36,991 bases of DNA from NCBI GenBank assembly GCA_001768965.1, contig MEMY01000052.1, forward strand, positions 15,472 to 52,462, in the 5' to 3' direction. The DNA is from an archaeon RBG_16_50_20. Its GTDB lineage: Archaea; Thermoproteota; Bathyarchaeia; 40CM-2-53-6. The translations under genes and the position numbers were made by a program. This document shows, piece by piece, positions 8,703 to 16,595 of the stretch. Position 1 is the stretch's first letter; each line of letters starts with the position of its first letter. The notes below the pieces were generated by a model, which made no database searches, had not been told where the DNA came from, and worked only from the letters and a program-made list of their open reading frames with translations.

Positions 8703-9227
8703 TCACTTGATTCGTTTGAGGCCCTTGGGGTACCTGAGAGCTAGGTCGGCGTAGGCTTCTTTGTATTTGCTCCACACCTGCTTGTCAGCCTCCGCAACGT
8801 CTCGAATCACTTTCGCTGGGACGCCAACGGCAACCTTTCCATCGGGAATCGATTGACCACTTGTTACAACAGCACCTTCCCCGATTATGCTCCATATCCC
8901 GATCGTTGCGTAGTCGCTTATCACTGCTCCAACGCCGACCACGGCGTAGTCTTTGACCGTGCAATTGTGGAGAAGCGCGCCGTGCCCAATCTGGACGTGG
9001 TTTCCTACCTCGCATTTCTCATTGATACGCGCATGCAGAACACAGTTCTCTTGCACGCTTGTCCTGTCGCCAATCACGATAGTGCCATAATCGCCTCGAA
9101 TTCTCGCTCCTGGCCCGATGAAGCATTGCGCCCCAATCGTGACATCACCCAAAACCTTGGCATCCTCATCAACGTACGCCGTCGGAGCAATAGACGGAAT
9201 ACGTCCCTCGAACTCAAAAACACCCAA
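8703..9227 (-). CDS. gamma-class carbonic anhydrase-like / hexapeptide-repeat (LbH) family protein
   Basis: 174 aa with left-handed beta-helix hexapeptide periodicity (VLGDVTIG, IGPGARIRGD, IGDRTSVQENCVLH, VGNHVQIGHGALLH). TTG start 9227 has GGAGGT 9 nt upstream on the coding strand. Confidence 0.85.
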   Translation of the reverse strand: MGVFEFEGRIPSIAPTAYVDEDAKVLGDVTIGAQCFIGPGARIRGDYGTIVIGDRTSVQENCVLHARINEKCEVGNHVQIGHGALLHNCTVKDYAVVGVGAVISDYATIGIWSIIGEGAVVTSGQSIPDGKVAVGVPAKVIRDVAEADKQVWSKYKEAYADLALRYPKGLKRIK

Positions 9228-9367
9228 ACAAACTGACCTCCGTTAGTACACCCAACTAGCCCGTGAATGTAAATCCCATGTTCGTTTTCCATTCTTCGCT
9301 CCAGAGAAGAACTCCAAGCGAGATTAGTGTGCATAATCTGCTGGAACCCTGATATAGGTCCATAGAA

Positions 9368-9889
9368 TTGATCTTAGAAAGACACCAGCGTATGACATTG
9401 CTATCTCGATTTAGACAAGTCACAAGGAAATTCGGAGCCTTAGCACAATCTCCGACAGCGCGTTATCGTTTGATTCGACCTGAGCGGAATGAGAAAGCAT
9501 TAGGCTTCTGTTCGACTTGCGGGAATCCAATCACGTTGAGTACAGAAGGGGCATACTCATCATTTCATAACGCGGCGACGTGTCGGTTGGTGAATCTTGC
9601 ATTGGCAGAGATGGGAGTCAGCATCGACCAAACGATAGGTGTAGTCGTCTACCCGTATTGGGGTCCACTGAAGGGCTATTACTCGACGGCTGAGCCGTTA
9701 ACGATTCACGTAGCTGAAGAGGCGTACTCACATTTTCCAGAGTACATCATCTTCCACGAGACTAAGCATCTAGTGGACTGTCTAACGAAGGGTTGGAGCG
9801 AAGAAGGGACGCCTGATCCTTTTGCTCGCCACCTTTGCGCAAAGTACGGCTTTCCATGCCCTCCTCCTCACCAGCACATCGGCCAGTAG
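9368..9889 (+). CDS. hypothetical protein with an HExxH motif (putative small zinc metallopeptidase-like)
   Basis: 173-aa ORF from TTG 9368, with ATG at codon 8 as an alternative start. Contains IIFHETKHLVD (HExxH) and a CSTCGNP pair. I recognise no family. Confidence 0.45.
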   Translation: MILERHQRMTLLSRFRQVTRKFGALAQSPTARYRLIRPERNEKALGFCSTCGNPITLSTEGAYSSFHNAATCRLVNLALAEMGVSIDQTIGVVVYPYWGPLKGYYSTAEPLTIHVAEEAYSHFPEYIIFHETKHLVDCLTKGWSEEGTPDPFARHLCAKYGFPCPPPHQHIGQ

Positions 9890-9936
9890 GATTAGATAGC
9901 ATGTCTACGCGCTGAAAAACGACTTGGGCCAATGCG

Positions 9937-10326
9937 TTAGGCGTAAGTGCCTATCTTGGCTTCCAGTTGGCTCTTCGGAAGCACACCGACTATCCTGTCG
10001 ACTTCTTCCCCGTTTTTCATAACGAGCAGAGTTGGGATAGCCATTATCCCGAAACGTTGGGCCGTTTCTGGGTTCTCATCGACATTCAGCTTGCCGAAGA
10101 CGACCTTGCCGCTGTAGTCCTTTGCCAGTTGCTCGACGACAGGAGCAATAGCACGACATGGAGCACACCACGCCGCCCAACAGTCCACAACGACTAGAGG
10201 ATAGCTCTTTACTGTTTGCTCGAAATTCCTGTCACTTACGGCTATTGGTTTGTCTATGGTCGGTGTTGACATTTGACCCATGAGTTCACGCATCTTCTTT
10301 GCACGGATCTCCTCAAGTTCGTCCAA
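9937..10326 (-). CDS. trxA: thioredoxin
   Basis: 129 aa. Active site WAAWCAPCR and a typical fold tail FGIMAIPTLLVMKNGE. TTG at 10326, with an in-frame ATG at codon 12 as an alternative start. Confidence 0.88.
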   Translation of the reverse strand: MDELEEIRAKKMRELMGQMSTPTIDKPIAVSDRNFEQTVKSYPLVVVDCWAAWCAPCRAIAPVVEQLAKDYSGKVVFGKLNVDENPETAQRFGIMAIPTLLVMKNGEEVDRIVGVLPKSQLEAKIGTYA

Positions 10327-10580
10327 TTTTGGACCTCACACGGGAGCCGCCCCCTCACCGTTCCAACTCGTTATAAGTTTACCCTGCAACTAACTCACCT
10401 GAAATTATCCGAAATCTAATGGCCTCCCAAGAAAGAACTTGTCGGGAAACCCGCGAACCTTGTCATCATGGCAGCATCAATGCATTGAGGATCAGTTGCT
10501 CGACCAAAACCTGTCAGTGGCTTCTAGGCAAACTTAAGAACACATCCAGCTCTAAATCTCAATTCACTTCGTGAACGCCT

Positions 10581-11729
10581 ATGCCTCTCGATTTTGAGTT
10601 AACCGGCGAACAGGAGCTTTTCCGACGAACTGTGCGCGAATTTGCAAAAAAGGAGATTGCTCCGAAAGTCAGAGAATATGAACGCAAGCGCGAGTTCCCG
10701 TGGGAGCTTTATCGCAAGATGGGTCAGGCGGGTCTTCTTGGTCTGAGGCTGCCGAAACAGTATGGTGGCCAAGAAGCTGACGCAGTCACCATGGGGATCC
10801 TTCAAGAGGAGCTGGGTCGAGCAGGTTGGCAGATTCCTCTCGGAGACATAATGGCAGAAATTCTGGCGCTTAACGGACCGGAACACCTGAAGTCGGAATG
10901 GCTCCCTGCGATGGTTAAGGGCGAGAAGATTATTGGAATAGCCAACACGGAACCCGGAGCAGGATCGGATGCGGCGGGTATAACGACTCGCGCTGTTCGA
11001 AAAGCCGATAGTTATGTGTTGAACGGTGAGAAGCAGTGTATCACGGGCATTGATGAATGCGGCGCTTACTGTGTACTGGCAAGAACCGATCCTGACAAGG
11101 GCTCCAAAGGGGTCAGCATGTTCTTCGTCGAGATGAACAGGCCAGGGATCGAGAAGTACAATTTTGATGCACTTGGGTGGAAACTGTTCTCCTTTGGTGG
11201 GTTCGTGCTCAAGGATGTCTCCGTTCCCTCAACGAATCTAGTGGGTGAAGAGAACCAAGGATTCCGTTACGTCATGGAGACATTCGACCTGATGCGAGCT
11301 CTAATTGCAATTTGGTGTATCGGGATGGCAGAGGCCTCACTCGATGAAAACGTCGAGTACGTCAAGCAGCGGAAAGCTTTCGGAAGACCGATAGGAAAAT
11401 TCGAATCCGTGCAGTCTCGCATAGTGGAAGGGTACACGAAGGTCGAGGCCGCAAGGTTACTTTGCTACAGAACATTGTGGCTGAAAGACAAAGGGCAGAA
11501 GATAACCAAAGAGTCAGCTATGATCAAATGGTATGCACCCTTAATCTCCTTTGGAGTCGTGAACGACTGCCTTCAGAACAGAGGCGCTATCGGGTATACG
11601 ACTGAATGCATGGACGAATACAGACTCAGAGAGATTAGGGGGGCGATGATTGGCGACGGGACAACTGACATTAACAAGATCGTCGTGGCGCGCGAAATCC
11701 TGGGTCGGGAATATCTTCCATACCGTTGA
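10581..11729 (+). CDS. acyl-CoA dehydrogenase
   Basis: 382 aa. Motifs GIANTEPGAGSDAAG, GEKQCITG and the C-terminal IGDGTTDINKIVVAREILG are typical of the ACAD family. Confidence 0.9.
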   Translation: MPLDFELTGEQELFRRTVREFAKKEIAPKVREYERKREFPWELYRKMGQAGLLGLRLPKQYGGQEADAVTMGILQEELGRAGWQIPLGDIMAEILALNGPEHLKSEWLPAMVKGEKIIGIANTEPGAGSDAAGITTRAVRKADSYVLNGEKQCITGIDECGAYCVLARTDPDKGSKGVSMFFVEMNRPGIEKYNFDALGWKLFSFGGFVLKDVSVPSTNLVGEENQGFRYVMETFDLMRALIAIWCIGMAEASLDENVEYVKQRKAFGRPIGKFESVQSRIVEGYTKVEAARLLCYRTLWLKDKGQKITKESAMIKWYAPLISFGVVNDCLQNRGAIGYTTECMDEYRLREIRGAMIGDGTTDINKIVVAREILGREYLPYR

Positions 11730-11843
11730 AGCTTACCGATAAGCCGTCTAATAGGAGAGTTGGCTTTCCCAGCGCGGGGAATCCACCTAGAACATTACGT
11801 GGCGTCTTGTTTTGTTCGATCGGAGCTTCTGGTGCTGACTGGG

Positions 11844-12080
11844 CTATTTTCCTTCGCTCACGATTGTTGTCAAGGTTGACCGTATTTTGTCGAGCCTTCG
11901 TACCTTCCAGGTAATTACTTCCTTAAGGCGATCCATGGAGTCAGTTTCGATCTTTGCCACCACGTCGTATACTCCGTATACGAAGTAGGATTCCTTGACT
12001 TCTGGAACGTCACGTAGACTCTTCAGTATCTCGTTTTCGGCACCTGCGTCAATATTCATAAAGACGAAAGCCTTTGGCAT
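11844..12080 (-). CDS. stand-alone Lrp/AsnC ligand-binding (RAM) domain protein, no HTH
   Basis: 78 aa. KAFVFMNIDAG...VPEVKESYFVYGVYDVVAKIETDSMDRLKEVI is the RAM-domain pattern. Paralogous to 30945-31184. Confidence 0.8.
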   Translation of the reverse strand: MPKAFVFMNIDAGAENEILKSLRDVPEVKESYFVYGVYDVVAKIETDSMDRLKEVITWKVRRLDKIRSTLTTIVSEGK

Positions 12081-12148
12081 TCACCTAAACCCCACCACAC
12101 AGTAGTGTTGATGAGCATTATGAGATTATCCATCGAACCGTTCCGGAT

Positions 12149-13033
12149 ATGTCGGGGGGCATAGGGTTGCCTTCGCAAGCTGATTTTGCACTTCGCCGAG
12201 TAGAGAGCTACATACGAAAAAGGCCCTTTACAGACCGAAGAATGGGATACGCTTGGATGATTGTTCCCGTTCTACCGATCATAGTAGCTATTGCTCTTAT
12301 CATGGCGTTGATCGGAATCGTCATTTCCTCTATCCCTACATTTCAGCCAGGCGAACCCCCATCACCAGCCTTTGTCGGAATCTTCGCCCTCTACGCTCTG
12401 GCTCTCATGGCCTTCTACGCTGTCCTTCTCGTGGGAGCGTTTGCCGTTTTCTATTTCGCCGATCGTAGGAACCGGCACTTCAGGAGACAGCAAATGCTCT
12501 TCGCCGCCATTTCGTCGTATCTCCAAGCGAGAACTAATGTGGGGGTCGGTGAGAATTTCGAGAAGTTGACCCAGCTCAATGAGGATTCAATATTCGAAGA
12601 ACAGGACAGACCAGCCGGTCTATGGGCAATATTGTATGTGTTCGTAACGCCGATTGTGGGTCTTGTCGTCGCCTACAACTTGACGCAAGACTTGCGCAAA
12701 CATGAAGAACGGCAAGCGGAGCATCAGCAGGTTCTCGTCCCGGCATTTGATGAGGCTGGTGTTGCGCGCCCTACGTTTACTGCTTGCAGGCGCCACAACA
12801 GGGATCCGATGGTTTACCTCATTCTAACAGCAATCACGGCCGGGCTCTTCTGGATATATTGGTTCTACACACTCCTGAGAGATTACAACGAGCATTTTGC
12901 AGATCACGCTGCTTTTGAAGATCAGATTCTCGCCTCCCTGAAGCCTTTAGCCGTGTGCAGAGCTTGTGGCGGCTCGATTCCTCAAGATGCAAAATTCTGC
13001 CCCATCTGCGGAGCGCCCCAGTCACCTGCCTAA
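12149..13033 (+). CDS. polytopic membrane protein with two DUF4234-like segments and a C-terminal zinc ribbon
   Basis: 294 aa with hydrophobic helices. LWAILYVFVTPIVGLVVAYNLTQDL and VYLILTAITAGLFWIYWFYTLLRDY resemble DUF4234. The C-terminus CRACGGSIPQDAKFCPICGAPQ is a CxxC...CxxC zinc ribbon. Confidence 0.65.
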   Translation: MSGGIGLPSQADFALRRVESYIRKRPFTDRRMGYAWMIVPVLPIIVAIALIMALIGIVISSIPTFQPGEPPSPAFVGIFALYALALMAFYAVLLVGAFAVFYFADRRNRHFRRQQMLFAAISSYLQARTNVGVGENFEKLTQLNEDSIFEEQDRPAGLWAILYVFVTPIVGLVVAYNLTQDLRKHEERQAEHQQVLVPAFDEAGVARPTFTACRRHNRDPMVYLILTAITAGLFWIYWFYTLLRDYNEHFADHAAFEDQILASLKPLAVCRACGGSIPQDAKFCPICGAPQSPA

Positions 13034-13035
13034 GA

Positions 13036-13710
13036 ATGCGAGGCCGACACGAGACAGAATACGCGGCGTGGAAACGAATGGGATACGCAAGTGAGGTGCG
13101 TTCAGTTTTTGTGCGTAGCAAGATGCTCATCGGCATCGTGGCAATCGTATTCTTTCTTGTGGTGTTTGTTTCAACTCTTGCCTCGTATGTCCTTCTTGCA
13201 ACTTCCCCTGAACTTGTGAGATATCTTCAGAATTTCTTGGCTGGTGAGCGCGGGTTAATTGGGATACCTCCGCCCGAAACGAGCGGCTTCTATTGGCTAA
13301 TTTTCCTCAATAATATTGGTCATTTCTGGAACCCAAGTCGCACGTGGGTTTGGTTGCCTTTCGTAGGCGCCTTCAGCTTGGGTTACGAGCTCATCTTGAA
13401 TGCGATAATCATTGGTGGGGTCATATCCTTCGCTACGCTGACGAGAGGTGCCGCATTCACCATAGCAGGGCTGGCGCCTCATGGTGTGTTAGAGATTCCG
13501 GCATTCATTCTCGAATTTGCTGGACTAACACGTTGGCATATAGCAGCCTCACGCGTGATTTATGGAAAAATGAGCGGTCGGCAAGTTGACCGACCGTTGT
13601 TCATGGAGGGCGTGAAGGACACGTTCGTCTTGTCGCTCTTCTCTGTGACCTTGTTCGCAGTCGCGGCTTACGTGGAGACCTTCATCACGCCGATCCTCAT
13701 AGGCCATTAG
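13036..13710 (+). CDS. SpoIIM-like (DUF95) integral membrane protein
   Basis: The ORF track opens at 12955, but that part overlaps the previous gene. ATG 13036 lies 2 nt after the upstream stop; ATG 13078 and 13123 are alternatives. The motif APHGVLEIPAFILEFAG and several TM helices fit the SpoIIM family. Confidence 0.65.
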   Translation: MRGRHETEYAAWKRMGYASEVRSVFVRSKMLIGIVAIVFFLVVFVSTLASYVLLATSPELVRYLQNFLAGERGLIGIPPPETSGFYWLIFLNNIGHFWNPSRTWVWLPFVGAFSLGYELILNAIIIGGVISFATLTRGAAFTIAGLAPHGVLEIPAFILEFAGLTRWHIAASRVIYGKMSGRQVDRPLFMEGVKDTFVLSLFSVTLFAVAAYVETFITPILIGH

Positions 13711-13720
13711 CAAGTTCACT

Positions 13721-14467
13721 CTACGCTATTTGGTATGTGATTTGCACATTCACTGTGACCTGCAATGTCCCTGGTTGAATTGGTGTCTGATTGCCCGAAA
13801 TGCTGGCTTTCTCGAACATGGGCTGGTAGAAGTAGCCTGGCGTTACAGATATTGGACCCAGTAAAGTGACACCTAAGCTTGAAGCCACGGCTTTCGCTTT
13901 ACCGTCTGCGTCCTGAATCGCGAACTGCAAGGCCTGCTTCTCGATCTTGGTGAGGGCTGCGTTTGACAATGTGAACATCACGCCTTGTACTTCGTTGACG
14001 CCTGCGTTGATCGCGGCATCTAATGCTTTGCCGACCAGGCTGAAGTCAGTGACCGCCACTTGGATAGCATTGCGTACTGCATAGCCCACGATTTTGGGCG
14101 GCGTCGTTTGATCTTGCTTGTATTCGTAGATTGGGGCTAGAGAGTAGGACACGGTTTCTATGGAACTCTTGCCTATCCCAACGTTTGCTAAGGCGTCCAT
14201 GACTTTCGACATGATTAACGCGTTGTCACTGCTTGCCTGTGTAGCGGTTGCGGCTTGTGTTTGAACGGCGAGAAGTATGATCGCTTGATCTGGCTGAGCG
14301 GAAACCGTTCCAACACCCATAACCTGCAAAGTCTTTTGCTGCGTACTGGATGGGCCATTTGTTTGAATGCTCAGGGGACGAGTTGTAGCCACTGCACTGA
14401 TCAGCACAATTGCCACAATTGCGACTGCAGCGAGGTAGTAGATCCTTCGGCTGGAAATCTCACTCAA
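13721..14467 (-). CDS. SIMPL/DUF541 domain secreted or anchored protein
   Basis: 248 aa with N-terminal TM/signal RIYYLAAVAIVAIVLISAVA. The core VGYAVRNAIQVAVTDFSLVGKALDAAINAGVNEVQGVMFTLSN fits SIMPL. TTG start has strong SD GAGGAGGTG ending 6 nt upstream. Confidence 0.75.
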   Translation of the reverse strand: MSEISSRRIYYLAAVAIVAIVLISAVATTRPLSIQTNGPSSTQQKTLQVMGVGTVSAQPDQAIILLAVQTQAATATQASSDNALIMSKVMDALANVGIGKSSIETVSYSLAPIYEYKQDQTTPPKIVGYAVRNAIQVAVTDFSLVGKALDAAINAGVNEVQGVMFTLSNAALTKIEKQALQFAIQDADGKAKAVASSLGVTLLGPISVTPGYFYQPMFEKASISGNQTPIQPGTLQVTVNVQITYQIA

Positions 14468-14723
14468 TTAATGCACCTCCTCAAGATTTGAACGAGCGTA
14501 CATTAGCATCCGCTCGCAATAACACCATGGTTTTGAACAGACCGTTCACGGTTTAGAACAGCCTTTGGGACCTGCGCAAATCTCAACGGATAAGTCAACG
14601 GAGGCGCGTTCAATGGACAGGTACATGACGAAAACGCCATCTAATGCTTGCATTTTCATTAGGGTTCGCGATTGAAGCCTTATGAGGCAACACAAGGACA
14701 GGCTCGGGAACACGTGAGGAGAA

Positions 14724-15155
14724 TTGTTCAAGGTCTTCATCACAAGTCGCGTGATTGATAGAATCTCGCGTGACGTGAACCGGCCAGTCGAAAGAATTGG
14801 ACTCCTGATGGGAGCTTTGGAGAATAGCTCACTCTGGGTTAACGACATAATACCGGGAGGAACAGAAATGAGCGAAGTCCATTGTGCCTTCCCCCCACAA
14901 CGCCTTGCACAGGTGGCGAACGACATTGTGGAAGGAAGGATAGAGGGGCGAATAGTTGGTTGGTATCATTCACACCCTGGACATGGCTTATTCTTGTCAC
15001 AGACCGACCTCGAAACCCACATGCAGTTTTACCAGTTCTCTTCGTATGCCCTTTCACTCGTGGCAGATCCAAAGTCTGGCGAGTTTGGCATCTGGATTTA
15101 TGAAAACGGCGTCGGGGTAGTCCAGCTGCCCGTGAATCACATCCACATCATCTAG
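14724..15155 (+). CDS. JAB1/MPN/Mov34 (JAMM) metalloprotease, stand-alone
   Basis: 143 aa. Conserved Glu in VERIGLLMG and an intact JAMM motif HSHPGHGLFLSQTD (HxH-x7-S-xx-D). TTG start preceded by GAGGAG. Confidence 0.82.
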   Translation: MFKVFITSRVIDRISRDVNRPVERIGLLMGALENSSLWVNDIIPGGTEMSEVHCAFPPQRLAQVANDIVEGRIEGRIVGWYHSHPGHGLFLSQTDLETHMQFYQFSSYALSLVADPKSGEFGIWIYENGVGVVQLPVNHIHII

Positions 15156-15164
15156 GAATCCTGA

Positions 15165-15776
15165 TCATGCGACCCTTCGGTTTTCCTGGACTATGATCTT
15201 GAGAAGCCCTCGAGCGGAGGGAACGCCAGCTTGCGCCACCATTTTGCGCCGTTCATTCCAAAGGTCTGAGAGCAAAGCAGCCGGGTATCCTCTGCGCCTG
15301 TAATCGACGATTTGCAGAAGAATATCTAAGCTGTCAGCCGCATGAACAATCTTCGATTCTTTCGTGTTGCTCAAGTCGTATTCACTCTGGAGTGACTTGT
15401 ATTTGCCGGCGAGCTTGCGATCAGTCATGCCCTTAGCAAGGTGCTCCCACGCGTTCTTCTCAACCTCACGCTTTATTGACCGACCTCTTTTTCCCATGTG
15501 TTGTAGATAGGCCTGACTGATATCGAATGTAAATGATTCTGCGAGATCGTGCAGAACCGTCATTCTCAGAACCTTCTCTATGTCAAGTCTCACTCCGCGT
15601 CTTTCCTCCAAATCAGCCAGGATCATAGACAGAGCGCTTGTCGAGAAAGTATGCTCCGCCACAGATTCGACATCAGGCAACGAGACCCCGTGGCTCAACC
15701 ATCCGCTCCTCGGAATTCGCTTCAGTCCAGAAAGCGCAAGAAGAAACTGTAGAATTGTCTCCGCCTCCTCTAACAC
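15165..15776 (-). CDS. HD-domain phosphohydrolase (YfbR-like 5'-nucleotidase family)
   Basis: 203 aa with a GTG start. Motifs RSGW, SVAEHTF and TVLHDLAES (the HD dyad). Confidence 0.78.
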   Translation of the reverse strand: MLEEAETILQFLLALSGLKRIPRSGWLSHGVSLPDVESVAEHTFSTSALSMILADLEERRGVRLDIEKVLRMTVLHDLAESFTFDISQAYLQHMGKRGRSIKREVEKNAWEHLAKGMTDRKLAGKYKSLQSEYDLSNTKESKIVHAADSLDILLQIVDYRRRGYPAALLSDLWNERRKMVAQAGVPSARGLLKIIVQENRRVA

Positions 15777-15845
15777 ACTCTACCGAAAGACAACAGTTAT
15801 GGCTTTGACCTTTTGTTCTTGGCGGAAACCAACGGGTCCACGACT

Positions 15846-16595
15846 ATGAGGCGGTTACTAATACTCATACTTGCCGTGTACGGTGTCACTGCGGCTTTGT
15901 TTTGGGTAACAGCAGTAAATACAGCGACCCTCTATGCCGTGAAGGATAGTTACAGTTGGCAGTCCGTGCCCAAAGCGAACAATGGCGGTTCGAACAACTT
16001 CGCAATCACATCATCCACTGCGAATCCTATGAACATGAGAGGATGGATTGCCTTTGACATGCGCGGGGTCCCTAATGACGTCTGGATTCTCAACGCTGAA
16101 CTCCGACTGAGAGTCTGGCACAAAACCACAACCGATCCCAAACTCGGGATAGGTGACAGCACGGGTAGGGTGTACGGGGTTTACCGACTGACCCAACCTT
16201 GGACCGAGTTCAACATTACTTGGGCATATCAGCCGAATTACACAGAAGAACATCACGCCACATCTCCTGTTCCTCCTGGCCAAGGTGGGTGGGATGGTCC
16301 GCTTCTTTACATGGATTGGGATGTTACGGCCTTAGTGAGAGATTGGGCTTCCGGCGCCGACAATTATGGAATTTTGATCCGGGACACACAAGAGAATGCT
16401 CCCCTCTATTACTCCACTCAGTTCTTTACACACAACAAGGTCCCAAACGAGAGTTATTTCCCTCGACTTCTCGTGACTTATGTTAGTCCGCTATCCGTGG
16501 TCATCCTAGTCGCTGCCTTGGGCTTGGAAGGACTGTTTATCACTACCCTTTGGCGAATGAGAAAACGCCGTCAAGATACTTCGGAACATAGGTGA
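15846..16595 (+). CDS. extracellular DNRLRE-like domain protein with N-terminal signal/TM and C-terminal TM anchor
   Basis: I prefer ATG 15846 (MRRLLILILAVYGVTAALFWV) over the track's TTG 15813. RGWIAFDMRGVPNDVWILNAELRLRVW, YRLTQPWTEFNITW and WDVTALVRDWASGADNYGILIRD match my recollection of the DNRLRE carbohydrate-binding-like domain. C-terminal TM plus basic tail WRMRKRRQ. Confidence 0.6.
   Translation: MRRLLILILAVYGVTAALFWVTAVNTATLYAVKDSYSWQSVPKANNGGSNNFAITSSTANPMNMRGWIAFDMRGVPNDVWILNAELRLRVWHKTTTDPKLGIGDSTGRVYGVYRLTQPWTEFNITWAYQPNYTEEHHATSPVPPGQGGWDGPLLYMDWDVTALVRDWASGADNYGILIRDTQENAPLYYSTQFFTHNKVPNESYFPRLLVTYVSPLSVVILVAALGLEGLFITTLWRMRKRRQDTSEHR

Noticed and set aside
10419-10574. A 51-codon ORF (MASQERTCRETREPCHH...ISCSTKTCQ...) ending 7 nt before the acyl-CoA dehydrogenase start.
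   Set aside because: It falls below the track threshold, has no SD and no recognisable family. The four Cys show irregular spacing. Evidence for coding is insufficient; it could be checked by conservation or Ribo-seq.
12955-13035. The N-terminal 27 codons that the ORF track assigns to the SpoIIM-like gene, overlapping the 3' end of the previous gene.
   Set aside because: This stretch is simply the alternative frame of the upstream zinc-ribbon coding region. ATG 13036, right after the upstream stop, gives a normal-length protein.
14546-14926. A 126-aa minus-strand ORF spanning the SIMPL/JAMM spacer and the JAMM N-terminus.
   Set aside because: It overlaps the motif-bearing JAMM frame in antisense, and its sequence has no recognisable features.
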